Notes under the pieces: model-generated | Databases searched by the model: none | What the model saw: only the letters and a program-made list of their open reading frames with translations | What the model was told of the DNA's origin: nothing | Translations under genes and position numbers: made by a program | Part shown: positions 1-13,009 of the stretch, piece by piece | How positions within the stretch are numbered: the first letter of the stretch is position 1 | How the letters are laid out: every line of letters begins with the position of its first letter | Origin: Botryllus schlosseri | Lineage: Eukaryota | Direction: 5' to 3' | NCBI GenBank assembly: GCA_051294905.1 | Contig: CM119372.1 | Coordinates: 26,290,001-26,354,000, forward strand | Length of the DNA: 64,000 nt

Positions 1-743
1 ATGACAGAATGATCAATAACTTGTAATATAGGTGTAGAGGTCTAAACATTTTGAATTGTTTAACTGAGAAGTCATACAATAGCTTAGGATATTTAATATA
101 TATATGGTATGTAGCACATTGCATGAATTCATAACACATCAACGTACTGGCACTGGCAGTCATTGTCTCTTAGGCTTAAAAATAGCAGTATCCTATATTG
201 CAATCGATATCAATCATCAAAATGCTGCAATGATTACCAACTACCGCTACAATACAACTATAGTATACTATCCACACCTAACTTAATGCTGCAATAAATA
301 TCACGCAGTCAATGTCCTGCAATGTCGAATTTTGTGTCATAAAATCATAGTTGACTACCAAATAACGGCTACAATGTCGATCATTTTGACGCAAGGAGTT
401 TACATAGTTCATGAATCAAAGACATCCAACATATTTGAATCCTTGCGCATCTCCATGACACTTGCGAACGTTTACAGCCCGAAAACAATAATATACTGTA
501 TCCGAAATACGGCTACGTTAACGACGGATTTCTGCGTAATTCTCACGGTATCATTCTATGTGCTTTGTACATGATTGACATCTAGCATAGGTAAATCTCT
601 GATGACTTCTACAACAAATTTCCGAAACGTTTACAACCAGAAATCAACAGTACACTATGCGATATTTAGCACTGAAGCAGGTGCGCGAGAAAGTAGCTTG
701 CTAACCAATTTGTTGTTGCTATGCGTATCTAGTCCACTGAGCT

Positions 744-2290
744 ATATAAACACTGGAGTGCGCTACTCGCGATATTTACGTTGTCACTAGAAACAGTTGC
801 ATTGTGGGGAATAGGCTGGACGATTTAGTACAGAAGCTTATGGAAAAACGTCCAGTTTTAAAATATATTTGATTCGTATTGGGTTTGTAGTATTTTATAC
901 GAATGGAGCTTTGAATGAATAATCATCGTAACATTCAGGATTTGTTTCAGCCCAATATCTCGTGTTTATATCTGTGTTATCTGTGTATTTCGACATGTCG
1001 AAGATATAAGTGGTTTCGATTGTTCGTGGTAAAATAAGGTTGTCTATGTGTCATCGTATGTATTTTTTTGTGGTTATATTCCTGATGTAGATTGCTTTAC
1101 TCGTTGTATCCAGCATATTTTACGTGTACAGAAATAACCAATCTGTCAAAAGATGTATAATGCCAGTTCAGTTATCTTTCAGATATATGTATCTATAGGA
1201 AGTAAAAGCATCTACGATTGCCAGCTTGAAGTTATTATCGGAGCGTGCCTCAGAATTACCTAGCCTGGATTCAAAATCTTCATACTGCAATGGAGCTGAT
1301 GTGAATGCTGTAACTGCCAGCTACGTGGTGGCTGTGAATATTGCCGATGGAGAAAATTCAGCATCATGGGACATATCAAAAGGCACTGCTGAAATCAATT
1401 GAATGCCATTGTGGTTATTCTACGTATTTATTGGTTCAGCGTATTTAAATAAATTTAAAAAAGAGAAAGTAAAGATATGTCTGCTATGTGTAGCGATGGG
1501 GTAGTGATTTCTGTAGAAGTGACTGAATGAGTTCATTGAATGAGAGAAACAAGAAATGCATGGGTCCTTATTCAGATGTAGCTAGAATTGCCCAATTCAC
1601 AGTGAAATTGAGGCTATGTTGGTTACAGCAATCTGTGCACTGTGGGAGTTCATAATAAATATTAATTTTATCGAATCAATACGGCACAAGATACAATCTA
1701 AATGGCGTACATGTATTTGATCATAATTACACCTACAGCTACCCATATACGTGTGTACATGAAGCTTGGCTCGTTTTGCACTTTCATGAAACCAGAAATT
1801 AGATTAGATTCAAAACTAACTGGAGATGTGAACATTTCAACTCAGTTTTTCTGCCCACGATACTTGCCTACCCTACTAGATGAAGCACTCGAACCTGGCT
1901 TTAGATCAACCATTTCTGTGGTCACACGCAATAACGCGCTGTACTGCCTCGTCACACGAAATACCGCGCTGTACTGTCTCGCACAAAAATGCTGAACTTT
2001 CGTTTTCATAAACACCAGCTTCGGTTATGAGAAACATATTTTTCTATTGAAATAACAACATAAAAAAATAAAAACAGAAATAAATTAATTAATTGTGATC
2101 GACTTTACGTCGCCTTCGGCGTAATCAACGGTGATCTGAAAGTCAAATGTGGGATAAGTTAGGGCTTAATATCTGCGAACGAGGTATAATAAACGAACCG
2201 ATTCTGATCTTAGTTCCAATTTAATGGAATTTCTTCTCTTACGCAGCACAGGCACAGTCACATTGAAGGCCACCCCACTGCGGGGCCTAC
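744..2290 (+). mobile_element. Decayed relic of the P/THAP element family (5' region, + orientation)
   Basis: ~773-1005 is an inverted copy of ~4925-5160, including the transposase ATG context GACATGTCGAAGA. 744-2290 also matches ~51120-52257 plus ~56896-57120. Confidence 0.6.
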
Positions 2291-2864
2291 GACGACGACG
2301 ACGTCGTTTTGAGGCACTGTTCAAGATAAATGAACTAACATATGAGAAATTGTTCACTTGAAGACACATTGATTGACATACCTTGATGTCACGACAACGT
2401 CTTTATACCAAAATGCGTATAAAATAGTAAAGAAAGTGTGTTAGCCGGTGTCTTCTACGGGTTTGAAGTATGCGTTGGCTAGACTTGCTCGTCCTTGCTC
2501 CCTTCTTTGTTTTCTTATTATCTGTAAAGATACCAAAAACGGTTAGTACAGAATTAAAATAATGAAAATTCTACGGCATACGAAGAAAGTGGCCTCACCG
2601 CATTCAGTGGGTTAGCTGGTGTCTTCAGTGGGTTTGAAGTAAGAGTTGGGTATGTAAATATTCTCTCTGGCGACGCAGGGTTGGCTTTACAGCTTAACGA
2701 TGGTCGATTCCAGAACCTTTGAATGGAAAAGATAACAGCCAGGAGCAAGTATGGAATAAAGCGATAGTTACATCTGTGTACAAGAGCATATATCATATAA
2801 ATTATATATTCACAGTTTATATATTCACAGTATTGGACACTGAATGCAGCCTAATGATAAAAGG

Positions 2865-3050
2865 ATGACAGATGTAACAAAATTGTTATCCATCTTCTCA
2901 ACGACAACATCGGAAAACGGTAACGAATTGTCATTTTCTTTTTCAATGGAAGGGTGAAGGTAATTCAACAAATGAATCACCTTGAGCCTCATTATTGAAC
3001 ATATGGCAAAGGTGTCAATCGCCGTAACAGAACCAGCTTAATGAAATAAC
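2865..3050 (-). pseudogene. Penelope-like RT fragment
   Basis: Minus strand reads ...KENDNSLPFSDVVVEKMDNNFVTSV, matching the thumb region of the Penelope RTs at 8214-8330 and ~13690-13770; frameshifted. Confidence 0.6.
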
Positions 3051-3085
3051 ATTAATGCCCAATCTGTGCTAGTAGAGAATATATT

Positions 3086-4935
3086 TTAATGGAAGCCATC
3101 CCAAAAAACCTGTTTGCGGATCGACATTTCATCCATCATTATGGAGCATATTACAGGATTTGCTGTTGCCTCTACTTTTCCTCTGATAGCAGAAAAGGCA
3201 ATACTAGTAAAGCCAGACTCAGCGGGAAGTTTTCCATACCAGCGTCTTATCACACTTGGATGGGGAAGAGCAAGTTGAAAATTCTGACGCACAAAATTGT
3301 ATGCCTTAGTGGAATAATACTGAAGCGTCATTGCAAATGATTGCAATTCCTTAGAGTATTTGACTCCTCTTCCACCAGCTTGTAGCTTCATACGTTGCAA
3401 GAGCTCACTTGGTAGACCACTGAATTTTTGTGACATTACCTCTACACACGAATCGCTTATCAAATTGTTCTTCTTAAGAGATGCAATGACCTCATCCATA
3501 GTTTTCACTTTTTTTTGCAGACGGTATGTTCTCATTCTGGCTGCAACCAACCTCTTATTAATTTCTGCCACCCTACGGCGTTGCTGTTGAACGACTTTTC
3601 GAGGAGACGTGTGCGCACAGTAGCTGTGGTCGTGAAGAACTACTTCAGGTTCAGCGGTTTGTGCTTCATAATGCCGTTTCTTATCTGGAACTGCAGAAGG
3701 TCTCACTCGTCGGTTGTTCGAAGCCTGAAATTTGTGAATTTTATGTTAACTAGGGCTAAAATCAAGGTATAGTAATTGGAACTCAAACTTCATAAATATA
3801 TAGTCACTGTCTAGTGTCTACCGTACCTTTGGCCTCATATATTTTGGAAAATTCAGAAATCTTGTCGGCACCGCATTCGTCCTTAAACGAATTCTCCCGC
3901 CAACACGGTAAATATCACTTTCTGAAAAATGATCAGAGCAGATGACTGACGATCTTGCTGGCTCCCAGTCTTTTCTTCTAATACATTCTATCCATCTTTC
4001 TTTCAGGGAATCATTGGTAGGAAAGCTGCGTTGTAGAGAACATTGTATCAGTTCACAAGTAATTCTATGATACAAAGCACACCAAATTGACCATTCTTTG
4101 TTATGAACGATGATAAAAGTAGCAGGAACATATGTGAAATTATCTTGTTTGATTTAGATATATCTGTTACTTTCTACCCCAGAAGGATAAACTATTAGGT
4201 AACCTTTTAAATCTAAAGCCAAAGGTAAACCAAAAAAAACATCTTACGAGACAAATCGAACGTCTCGCACGCACAAAGCTATAATGAGCTCGACCACGGA
4301 ATTAGCAATTTGAACTTTAGTGTGAGCATCTGGCACCAGAAATATAGAATTATTACTCAACTATGCTGGACAAAACCGTGTGGCCCTCAATTATACCTTT
4401 CCTTCTAGTCCTACCTCCAACCTTCACGACAATTTTAAGCAAGGATTGAGTACTAAGCTAGTTATTGGCTGAACTGCCCATACAGAATACAAACAGTGAC
4501 CTGGCTGGTCATGCTATTACAGGTATACTGATGAACTGACATGGTGCTGAGACTGCTGATATAGTCTGCCCTGATCATACCAACATCCATATACTTGTGA
4601 CAAAATGTTCTGGTATAATGACACTTTAACATGGCCTATTCATTAATGCTGTGGCTTATCTGGACATTGATTGTCATTGATTGTCATTGACATTGATGGT
4701 CAGGAGATATTAAAAATAGAAACTGATTCTTCAAAGATAGTCTTGCAGCCCTGCATATTCTGCCATTCACTCACCGGTGGAATGTTCTTGGATGCCGACG
4801 CTTTACCAAAGATTCTTCATCGCTACTACCATCGCTATTACTTCTCATATATGACTCCGTGAATATCTTTTTCTGCCTTTTACTGCACCCATAGGCGCAA
4901 CAAACACTACCACCAAAACGAGATGTCTTCGACAT
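3086..4935 (-). pseudogene. Spliced THAP-domain P-element (THAP9-like) transposase, 3'-truncated; exons 4935-4775, 4025-3827, 3724-3086
   Basis: Donors CG|GTGAGT (4774) and AAG|GTACGG (3826); acceptors CGCAG| (4026) and TTTCAG| (3725). Splicing gives CCAYGC...TFHRFP...W...ICSDHF...AVPT (THAP), then DHSY, a coiled coil, FAMTLQYYSTKAYNFVR..LPHPSVIRRW and MDEMSIRK (first catalytic D). Stops after WDGFH. Confidence 0.85.
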
Positions 4936-5194
4936 GTCGAAATACACAGTTAACACAGATATAAACACGAGATATTGGGCTGAAACAAATCCTGAATGTT
5001 ACGATGATTATTCATTCAAAGCTCCATTCGTATAAAATACTACAAACCCAATACGAATCAAATATATTTTAAAACTGGACGTTTTTCCATAAGCGCCTGT
5101 ACTAAGTCATCCAGCCTATTCCCCACAATGCAACTGTAACATGGTGACAACGCAAATTTGCTTTGCCGGAGATGGCAGTAGTTCGGGGCTTGAT

Positions 5195-5231
5195 CTAGTC
5201 ACGTGATCGAAGTCCTGCAAAAGGCCTATTG
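5195..5231 (-). mobile_element. Probable 5' terminus of the P-like element (CAATAGGCCTTTTGCAGG on minus)
   Basis: CA-initiated terminus ~300 bp upstream of the transposase ATG; no partner TIR found. Confidence 0.4.
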
Positions 5232-6164
5232 AGGCCTTGGCTATGCAGCTTATTATGTGGTAAAAGAATCGATTTTTATATGGTATCGAAAAGCAATATG
5301 CAATTTGCGTATTTTTGGGCATATGGCGGAAAGCAAAAACTTGACGTGATGAAAGAAAACCAAGGGCATTTTTGGAATCAGCACGCCTAAATTAACCTGA
5401 ATCAAGTGCAAAATCAAAGTCAAAAAAATTCTCGTTCGAAATTGTCGCCCAGTGTGATCTTATGGATGACATGTGTTCTATTTTAGCTGCACCTTTATTC
5501 TCAGGCAGCGGACATCGCAATAGTAAGATGATTGGGCGGCCGAATACAGTTATAAACCGATAAAGCAGTCGCTCCAACGATGATATAAGTTGGAATATTT
5601 CTATGCTACCTACGTTTCAGTTATATATCGGCATCAACCCTGCGTATTGGTTGTGAGGAATGCAAAATATTTAACTGTAAACGAGAACGTTGTAATTTGT
5701 TTCAAATTATTATATCGCATTTTCGGTTTCTCTCGAGGCTGGAGAATGGAGATCTATCAGTGATGAGCGGATAGTGCTTTTCGAGAATCCGAATCCCTCC
5801 GACAACTTTAATATCTGAGGAAAACTTCCTCCGACTCCGAAGAGCTCAATGCCAGACTCCGACATACTCAGAAGAATCTCGTCAAGTATCCGAAACATCC
5901 ATATCGGTAGAGTTAGGCTATTCAATAACATTGTCGAAGAATTCCAAATAAACCGCTTCGCTGAGAATAGTTATGCACTGGAATATCCCTTTAGTTGTAT
6001 CTCTGAAACAGAACGAAAGAAAAATAAATCGAAGATTGTACTGGCAAGAATTAAGAAGGAACTAGCGAGGGTAGCACACAGGGAGAACACCGTTAACGTG
6101 AAGCAGTGTAAAAGAAGTTCATCTCACTTGGGAGGTATTGCATCTAAGACCGAAGGCAAATGAC

Positions 6165-6400
6165 AAAAAAAAGATTATTAAAACAGCAATTCAAATCCCA
6201 GAGATTATTATAACAACAATGACAAACCATAGACAATATTGAAAAAAAAATACAAAACAATATACAAACCACATAAATCATTAGAATAGTAATGACAATC
6301 ATAGATTAACAGCAATACAAAGCACGGAGATTATTAAAACAAAAATGCAAATCACAGACAGTATTAGAGCAGCAACAAAAAATCACAGATATCATAGGAA
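6165..6400. repeat. Degenerate A-rich minisatellite (motif ~CAGAGATTATTAAAACAGCAATACAAA)
   Basis: Motif recurs several times with many mismatches. Confidence 0.5.
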
Positions 6401-6660
6401 CTGAGATTGAAGCGATGAACGGCAAGCTCGAAAAGCAATAAACATGAAAAATACTTGAAAGTTAGTCGAAATCAATTTTCTGATCAACGTCAACAAAAAT
6501 TGAGTGTTGCCAGTGTAATGAACAGCCGTAAACGAATTATCGGTTCAAGTTATTTAGCTTAAGGTTTTAGACCACGCCTCAACATTGAAAAGTAGGTTAT
6601 ATGTCTGAATTCCAAGAAACTTTTCGTGGGTCGCTCAGAATAGCTCCGCGGGCCGCATTT

Positions 6661-7020
6661 GGGGGAGCTAGCGTAATGGCGACGATAAGCGCCTGCTACC
6701 CGGGCCGTTCGGGCTCGATTCCGAGTCGGGAGTTTACCTGGTCTCCTCTACCCCCGCGTCACTGTTCTTACGACGATGAAAAGGACCCGATGAACGAACG
6801 CACTCACATAGAATGGAAAGAGCAAGAAAGAGGGGCGTAATAGAGATTACCATTGAAAAAAGAACTGCATCATCCACCACTATAGTTCCAGGTGGCTGCC
6901 CGGTCAAGAGATCGCTAATGGTCGTTTGGCATCCTCCTATCAGTTCAATACATCGCATTGTGTGTGTCTTGATGAGATTTTTGCTCCGCAGCGGCTTTGG
7001 CCAGGAATAAGCCAATGCGT
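6661..7020 (+). mobile_element. tRNA-derived SINE
   Basis: Head has an A-box-like TAGCGTAATGG and a B-box-like GGCTCGATTCC at tRNA-like spacing, but no clean cloverleaf. 3' boundary approximate. Confidence 0.6.
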
Positions 7021-7653
7021 GCATATGAAGTAACTCTTGGAGTTATACAATCTGATATACTTGACACTCAGCTATCAGCCTACGGGAACCTGGAGGAACT
7101 TTGTTTTTGAAAATTATTGTATACCATAAAAATCATCATTTCGGCAAATATCTCCGCAACAGCTTTATCCAGGAATAAGCCAATGCATGCATATGATGCA
7201 ACTCTTGGAGTTATATAATCTGATACTTGAAACTTATCTGTCAGCCCACGGGAACCTGAAAAATAAAACTGTTTTTGAAAATTTTTCTACAGTCCAGGCT
7301 CTGGGGGCTCCTCCAGGCTCCAGGCTCCTCTGGGGTGATTTGGACACAATTTATTACTAAAAAACGTTGCGGTACCGTTTACCAGACTTGATTTGGGGTC
7401 ATAGTCTATTAAATAAATCCGAATATTTACGGTTGGTACTCGTCAAGGGTAATAGTCAGCAGCTTGTCAATACAGTGTACAATTGACAAACAAATGTCTG
7501 CGGATGCTGGTCCTAACCTATTTTTTCAAACTCCGTGAGTGCTTTTCCAGATTGTTCATTTTATACTTCAACAAATAGAATTTAATATACAATTGACTAA
7601 CAAACGTCTGCAAAGTTTGGTCCTAACCTTCTTTATAAACTACTTGAGTACAG

Positions 7654-9270
7654 TGAGACCTATACTTTCCATGATCCGGTCTGCTCAACATCAGCTGGCA
7701 AAATGGCTTATTGACATTTTGGAAGCCGTTCGGGAATTGTACGGCACGGAATGTGATCGCGATTCGTTCACGTTCGCTGGTGAAATTCGAAACCTGGATT
7801 TGCCGAATCCAGACGTGTTTCTTAGCTCATTTGATATCTCTAGTCTTTTTACGAACGTTCCGCTGCATGAGACTATTGATATTTGTGCCAACGCGCTGTA
7901 CGGTGGTAAGTTACCAACACCATCAATCCCGCGAAACGTCTTTGTTGAACTTTTACACGCGGCAACCTGTTCCGTGGAGTTTAGCTTTAACGAGGTCATG
8001 TTTCGCCAAATAGACGGCGTGGCAATGGGTAGTCCCCTGGGACCTATTTTGGCCAACATTTTCGTAGGATATTATGAGGGCGAGCTTCTCTCCCAGCGTG
8101 AGTCCGTCAAACCACTGTTGTACCGCCGATATGTAGATGACACTTTTGTCATATTCAGGAATGAGTAGGAGTGTGATCAATTTCTCATTCGCTTAAGCTC
8201 GCTTCACCCGGCCTTGCAATTCACAATTGAAAAAGAACGCAATAACTCATTATCATGTCTGGACGTTTTAGCCGAAAAGCGCAATACCAACAAATTTGAA
8301 ACGTCTGTCTTCAGGAAACCGACATTCACAGGCCAATACCTTCGCTGGAATTCATTTAGTCCTCGACGCAGAAAACTTAACCTCATAGGCCCCCTCGTGG
8401 ATAGAGCGTTGATGATATGTTCGGGTGACAAACTGAGTTTAGAGCTTGACAACATCCGAAAAATCTTACTTGATAACGGTTTCCCTGAACACGTCCTCAG
8501 CCGTGGCATAGAGAGGAAATTAACGCAATTCAACGCAGAAAAACAAACAGAGCCCACCAAACGAACAATAAAAGATGTTTATATCCATCTACCTTGGATT
8601 GGCCCCATTTCCACCCGCTTTGAAAAACAAATGATTTCTGCGGTCAGTAATCAGTAAGTGTTACGACACAGTCAAAACCAATGTGATTTTTACAACGACA
8701 CAACTGCTCCCTTCAACACGCAAAGACGTTCTCCCTGCACTTCAACAAAGTAATGTAGTGTACGAATATAAGTGCCACTGTGATTGTGGCTACGTGGGAA
8801 GAACGTCAGAACGTCTGCAGGAACGCATAAACCAAGATGTCCTCAGATTTATCAGAACACGTGCATCACGCTCAATAAAAAGCTCACCCTTAACTTATCG
8901 GCTTAAGATTGATGCTGATCGATCAAAGGCCATTAATTCTGCCATTGGCAAACATCTGTTAGATAATCCGATTTGTGCGAATAATTATCGAGACAACCAA
9001 TTTCGAATTGTTGGGCGGGGCCATTCACAATTCCATTTGTGTGCCTTGGAGTCGACTTTTATCAATATACACCAACCAAAACTCTGTCAACAAAAGGAGT
9101 TCGTGTATCACCTAACAATAGTACTTTGAACGCTCTGTCATTCGAAAGTTCATGCTGGTGACGTCATATTTTGTGATACGATTGTTGATATACAATGTTC
9201 TTTCCAATTCTCTACTAGTTGCTGACGATTACCCCTGACGAGTGTCAGCCGAAAATATTCGGGTTCATCT
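7654..9270 (+). mobile_element. Penelope-like retroelement (RT + GIY-YIG endonuclease), 5'-truncated pseudogene
   Basis: RPILS, SFDISSLFTNVP, QIDGVAMGSPLGPILANIF, RYVDD, FRKPT; EN VVYEYKCHCDCGYVGRT...SAIGKHL...LESTFI..QPKLC. In-frame stop at 8166-8168 and frameshift near 8657. Confidence 0.92.
9221..9264 (+). ncRNA. Minimal type I hammerhead ribozyme in the Penelope 3' region
   Basis: ACCC-CTGACGA-G(TGTCAGC)C-GAAA-ATAT-TC-GGGT. Core CUGANGA/GAAA/UH, stem I ACCC:GGGT, palindromic stem III, loop II complementary to upstream GCTGAC. Confidence 0.75.
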
Positions 9271-10091
9271 CAATATGAATATACTATTCAATTGTACTTG
9301 AGTACAATGTATCATGATGTGATGGTATATCTTATAAGTGTGTGTGTGCGTAAGAGCGACCCACAATAGGTAGAAAGTTCCTGCCACTGTCCATTTCAGG
9401 TTTGATCTATTTGGGCACAGCCAATGATATATTAATAATAAATAAATGCTTATCCTTTGCATAGCCATTTAATTTTAATGTTGGCCAGTTTGTCAACCCT
9501 TACAGTCATAGTTCACTTGCAAGACGGTGACTTCGAAGAAGTGGACAAAATGGATGCAGTCCAACTTTCTCATTCACTCACCAAATTTCCAGACTCACAC
9601 ATCACCACCTATTCCTTCGACAGTCGGGGTGATCATGGAAGAAGGTGATCAAATCCGAGCGTGATAACAATGTGTCATCATATGGCAGGTGTCCGGAATC
9701 TATGGCTTGCGAGCCATATATGGCCCTATTGGGTAAAAGCTACGGCTCTTTGCCAATTTTTATTTGTATACAGAATTCATCAATATTGCATCAAGTTGTT
9801 AGTAAATTTCCATCACTGCCAGAATAATTATTCTCGTGGCAGTATCAACACGTCTTTTACAGGTAACGACAATGCCGTATCCAGGGTTATGGGCTCGGGA
9901 CTCCTTTTCAAAATCCTCAAATTTAAGTTGCCAATATCACTCGCGAACTAGATGTACCCGACTCGAAATCTTGTATTGCATGATACGTTGATGGATCAAA
10001 GAGAATAGCATACATGGCGACGCCTTTAAAACAATGCAATTTTCAAACACGCATCGTCTTCCTGGTCTACGGCGCGTAATAAACTGCCGTA

Positions 10092-11188
10092 TCGGGTTGC
10101 CATACGTCCGGAATTTCCTGGAAATGTCCGGAATTCCTCCGTAAAAACTGTATCCTGGTGGAAAGTGTAAAATCTGCTTGAATGTCCGGTATTTTGAAGG
10201 CTTGAACTCATTTTTTTTCGTAAATAAACAAAACTAATATAAGTTTTATGCAAATTTATGTATTGAAATTTTTTCTTCGCGATGCGCGCGATTCAATACA
10301 ACGTCTGTTGATATGAATATAGGGACCACGCACCACCCTCGCAAAAATGCAATCGAAAACAAGTAAAAATAACCATCATTTACGGAATGAAGTGTAATTG
10401 TAATCAAAATTATATTCCTAGAGTTGGTTAAGGCCGATTGGATGCTTTAATTTAGCCAAAGACAGTGTCCCTAAACCTGGGGGTCGTTTGCTTTTATTCT
10501 GGAGATCGCAAAGACGTTGGACGTCATCAGCTTCCAAAATAGGCCGAGAGTAAGTCTGGGCAAGCTGACTTTTTTATTAATCAGCCTATCATTTTTTGAG
10601 CTGGACCACGAAACATTTTCAAATTGGAAATGAGCTCGCGGCCATAAAAGGTTGGAAACAACCGGATGTGCAATCTACTGGTGTATTTTCATACTAATAT
10701 ATGGAAGAACCAATATTAATGACAGAATTCATTCATAAATTTTACCAAACAGATGCATTTACTAAGTCCGCAAGAAGTTGCATCGATTATCGTATGGTGG
10801 GCCCAAGATTAGTGCCATTTTTGGACATAAGATGCTGAAAAAATGTTTTTTCGGACCTTGCTACAACACACCACCAGACAACCACACAGACCTAACAGTA
10901 TAGCAGGGCTGTCAAACACACAGCCGGCGGACCGGATAAGGTCCATCAGAAGATTTCAGCCGGCCCGTGAAGAAATCTGTTGCAGACCCAAGCAATCCCC
11001 ACAACTCACGTTAGAGATGGCCCAATCCAGAACCTATGTTCCACTCCACTCCTGTATACAGTTGATAGACGAAGCTTTGCTAGTGTGACGTCATATTGAC
11101 TGACAATGTGTTCATTCCTCATTGTAAAATCTGCTAGTGGGCGCCAAAGAGTGTCCGGAATTTGATCCACAGAAATATGGTAAACCTG
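10092..11188. mobile_element. hAT (Blackjack-like) MITE
   Basis: Ends ..GGGTTGCCATA / TATGGTAAACCTG with TGTCCGGAA motifs; TSD CTGCCGTA both sides; paralog at 49015-50209. Confidence 0.8.
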
Positions 11189-11940
11189 CTGCCGTAGAAG
11201 TGACACTAACAATTGCGAACTCAAATTACAAACAACGCCATTGCTATCCACTTTCTTGATTGATCTGAGCTTTGTAGTACCGGCGATAAATGTAGGCGTT
11301 TGATAAAATTGGTAGCAATTGAAAGCTACCTTGGTACTGATTGCTAAAATATATATTTTATTTTATGCGTGGTCCTGGAGCGTCGAATTTTGCATCGTAA
11401 TGGAGTTAGGTATTGTGACGCAACAATGGCATCTGCAAGCTGGCGAGGAGCATCACCGAGCACATGCTCCTGAGCTGAGCCATATTATTTCAGATGGCGT
11501 TGTAGCGTCACAGTACCAAAGTCCGTTACAATGCAGAATTCTAGGCTGATTTTTTTGGCAAGGGGGGGGGGGTTCCAGGACCATGAGCTGATTAATATTC
11601 ATATTTTCGCAATCACTACCGCGGTAGCTTTCGATGGATACCAATTTTATCAATTTTCGTGCTTGGCAAGCCGGTAAAAAATTAAAGTCAAATTGCCTTT
11701 GGCAAAATGGAAATATGTGACGGGACCCGATCGCAGTGAGCCGTGTGATTTTCTTGTGTCCGCAACATTGTAGGACGCTATGGTAATACGATTACAAAGA
11801 TGTAACGTGCCAAACATCTATGTAACTCAGGTTTCGCCTGCTCAAATAAGGCAACCAGCATGATTAGTACGAATTTTTACAGAGAAAATGTGTCGCACAC
11901 GATGAATCCCATGTATAAGTGTGTTCGAAATAGTGCGACC

Positions 11941-13009
11941 TAGCGTTGGGACTTCGGGATCAAATTTGAAATCCCGGGATCGGGATTTCCCGGGATTTGC
12001 GCTTCTCAATCCCGGGATTTCCCGGGATTAGCAAAGTAGTAAAATACACATACAAGCTACACACACAACATTTATTCCTTGTAATATTGACGAAAAAACA
12101 TGCTCCCGTGAATACGAATGAAACCCAGCCACCAAAGGCCACCCGGATAATGAGCGTTTAAATTCATGTACCGCCTGTTTCGTGTAGAAAATGATTCGTC
12201 AAACGTGATCGAAAAACGTCCAATGCTGCGTTTCATTGCCATAAGCTCTTCTTCCACACACTTACGGATTTATTTACTGTGTTCGATCACCAAGTCACGA
12301 ACCCGTTTGTGACATCTTGACAAGTCATAGCCATCAGCCTTGAAGGCCCGACGAATTCGCTCACTTTGGGTAATTGAATAAATGTTAACCTGTCAACAGC
12401 AGTTAACTGGTTAAGAAGTTCATCGAGGCGAGGCTTAGGCTATGCGACTTATTTTATAGGAATCGATCTTCCTCATCTTCATTTTTAGCTGATGTTGCTT
12501 TGACGTGTCCGATTGAATCATGCATGATTTAATTACTATCATTTGTACGGAGCATTATTATAGTCCCTTTGTGCTAGACACTGAAGCTTTCAAAACGTCT
12601 TGACACAAGTTGCATTTGACTTTTTATGTAGATTTATAAAACAAACAGTTTCGCTGAACATGTGATTTTCTCTTTGTATTGACATCTTCGAAATTCGCCA
12701 TTATTCGACCTGTATTTCACCTCCACAGCACCGTCCTTGTGACTTTCCGATACTCAGCTACACTGCTACGATTCGTAGACTACGACGGAAGTGATTGTGT
12801 AGTACATTGTTATGCCATAGCTGGCTTTAATATCAAATAATTCTGAATTGTTTTAAACTATCAGCAGAGTTTGTGACATTGCTTTATTACCAAAATAAGA
12901 GATATGGCGCTATACGTAAACCTTGGAAAATGCTCTTAACAAATCCCGGGATTTCATTGGGAGTAATCCCGGGATCCCGGGATCGGGATTTCCCGGGGTC
13001 CCAACGCTA
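11941..13009 (-). mobile_element. Internally deleted hAT transposon (BED finger and first catalytic D remnants)
   Basis: TIR TAGCGTTGGGA; TSD GTGCGACC/GTGCTACC; ATCCCGGGA subterminal motifs; minus-strand KVKCNLCQD..STKGL and RFSITFDE..RNRRYMNLNAH. Confidence 0.85.

Noticed and set aside
5710..6163. Host gene exon (104-aa ORF)
   Set aside because: No recognisable domain, partner exons or clear splice structure; cannot be supported.
6661..6735. tRNA gene
   Set aside because: A/B boxes present but no convincing acceptor or anticodon stems and no terminator; better explained as a SINE head.
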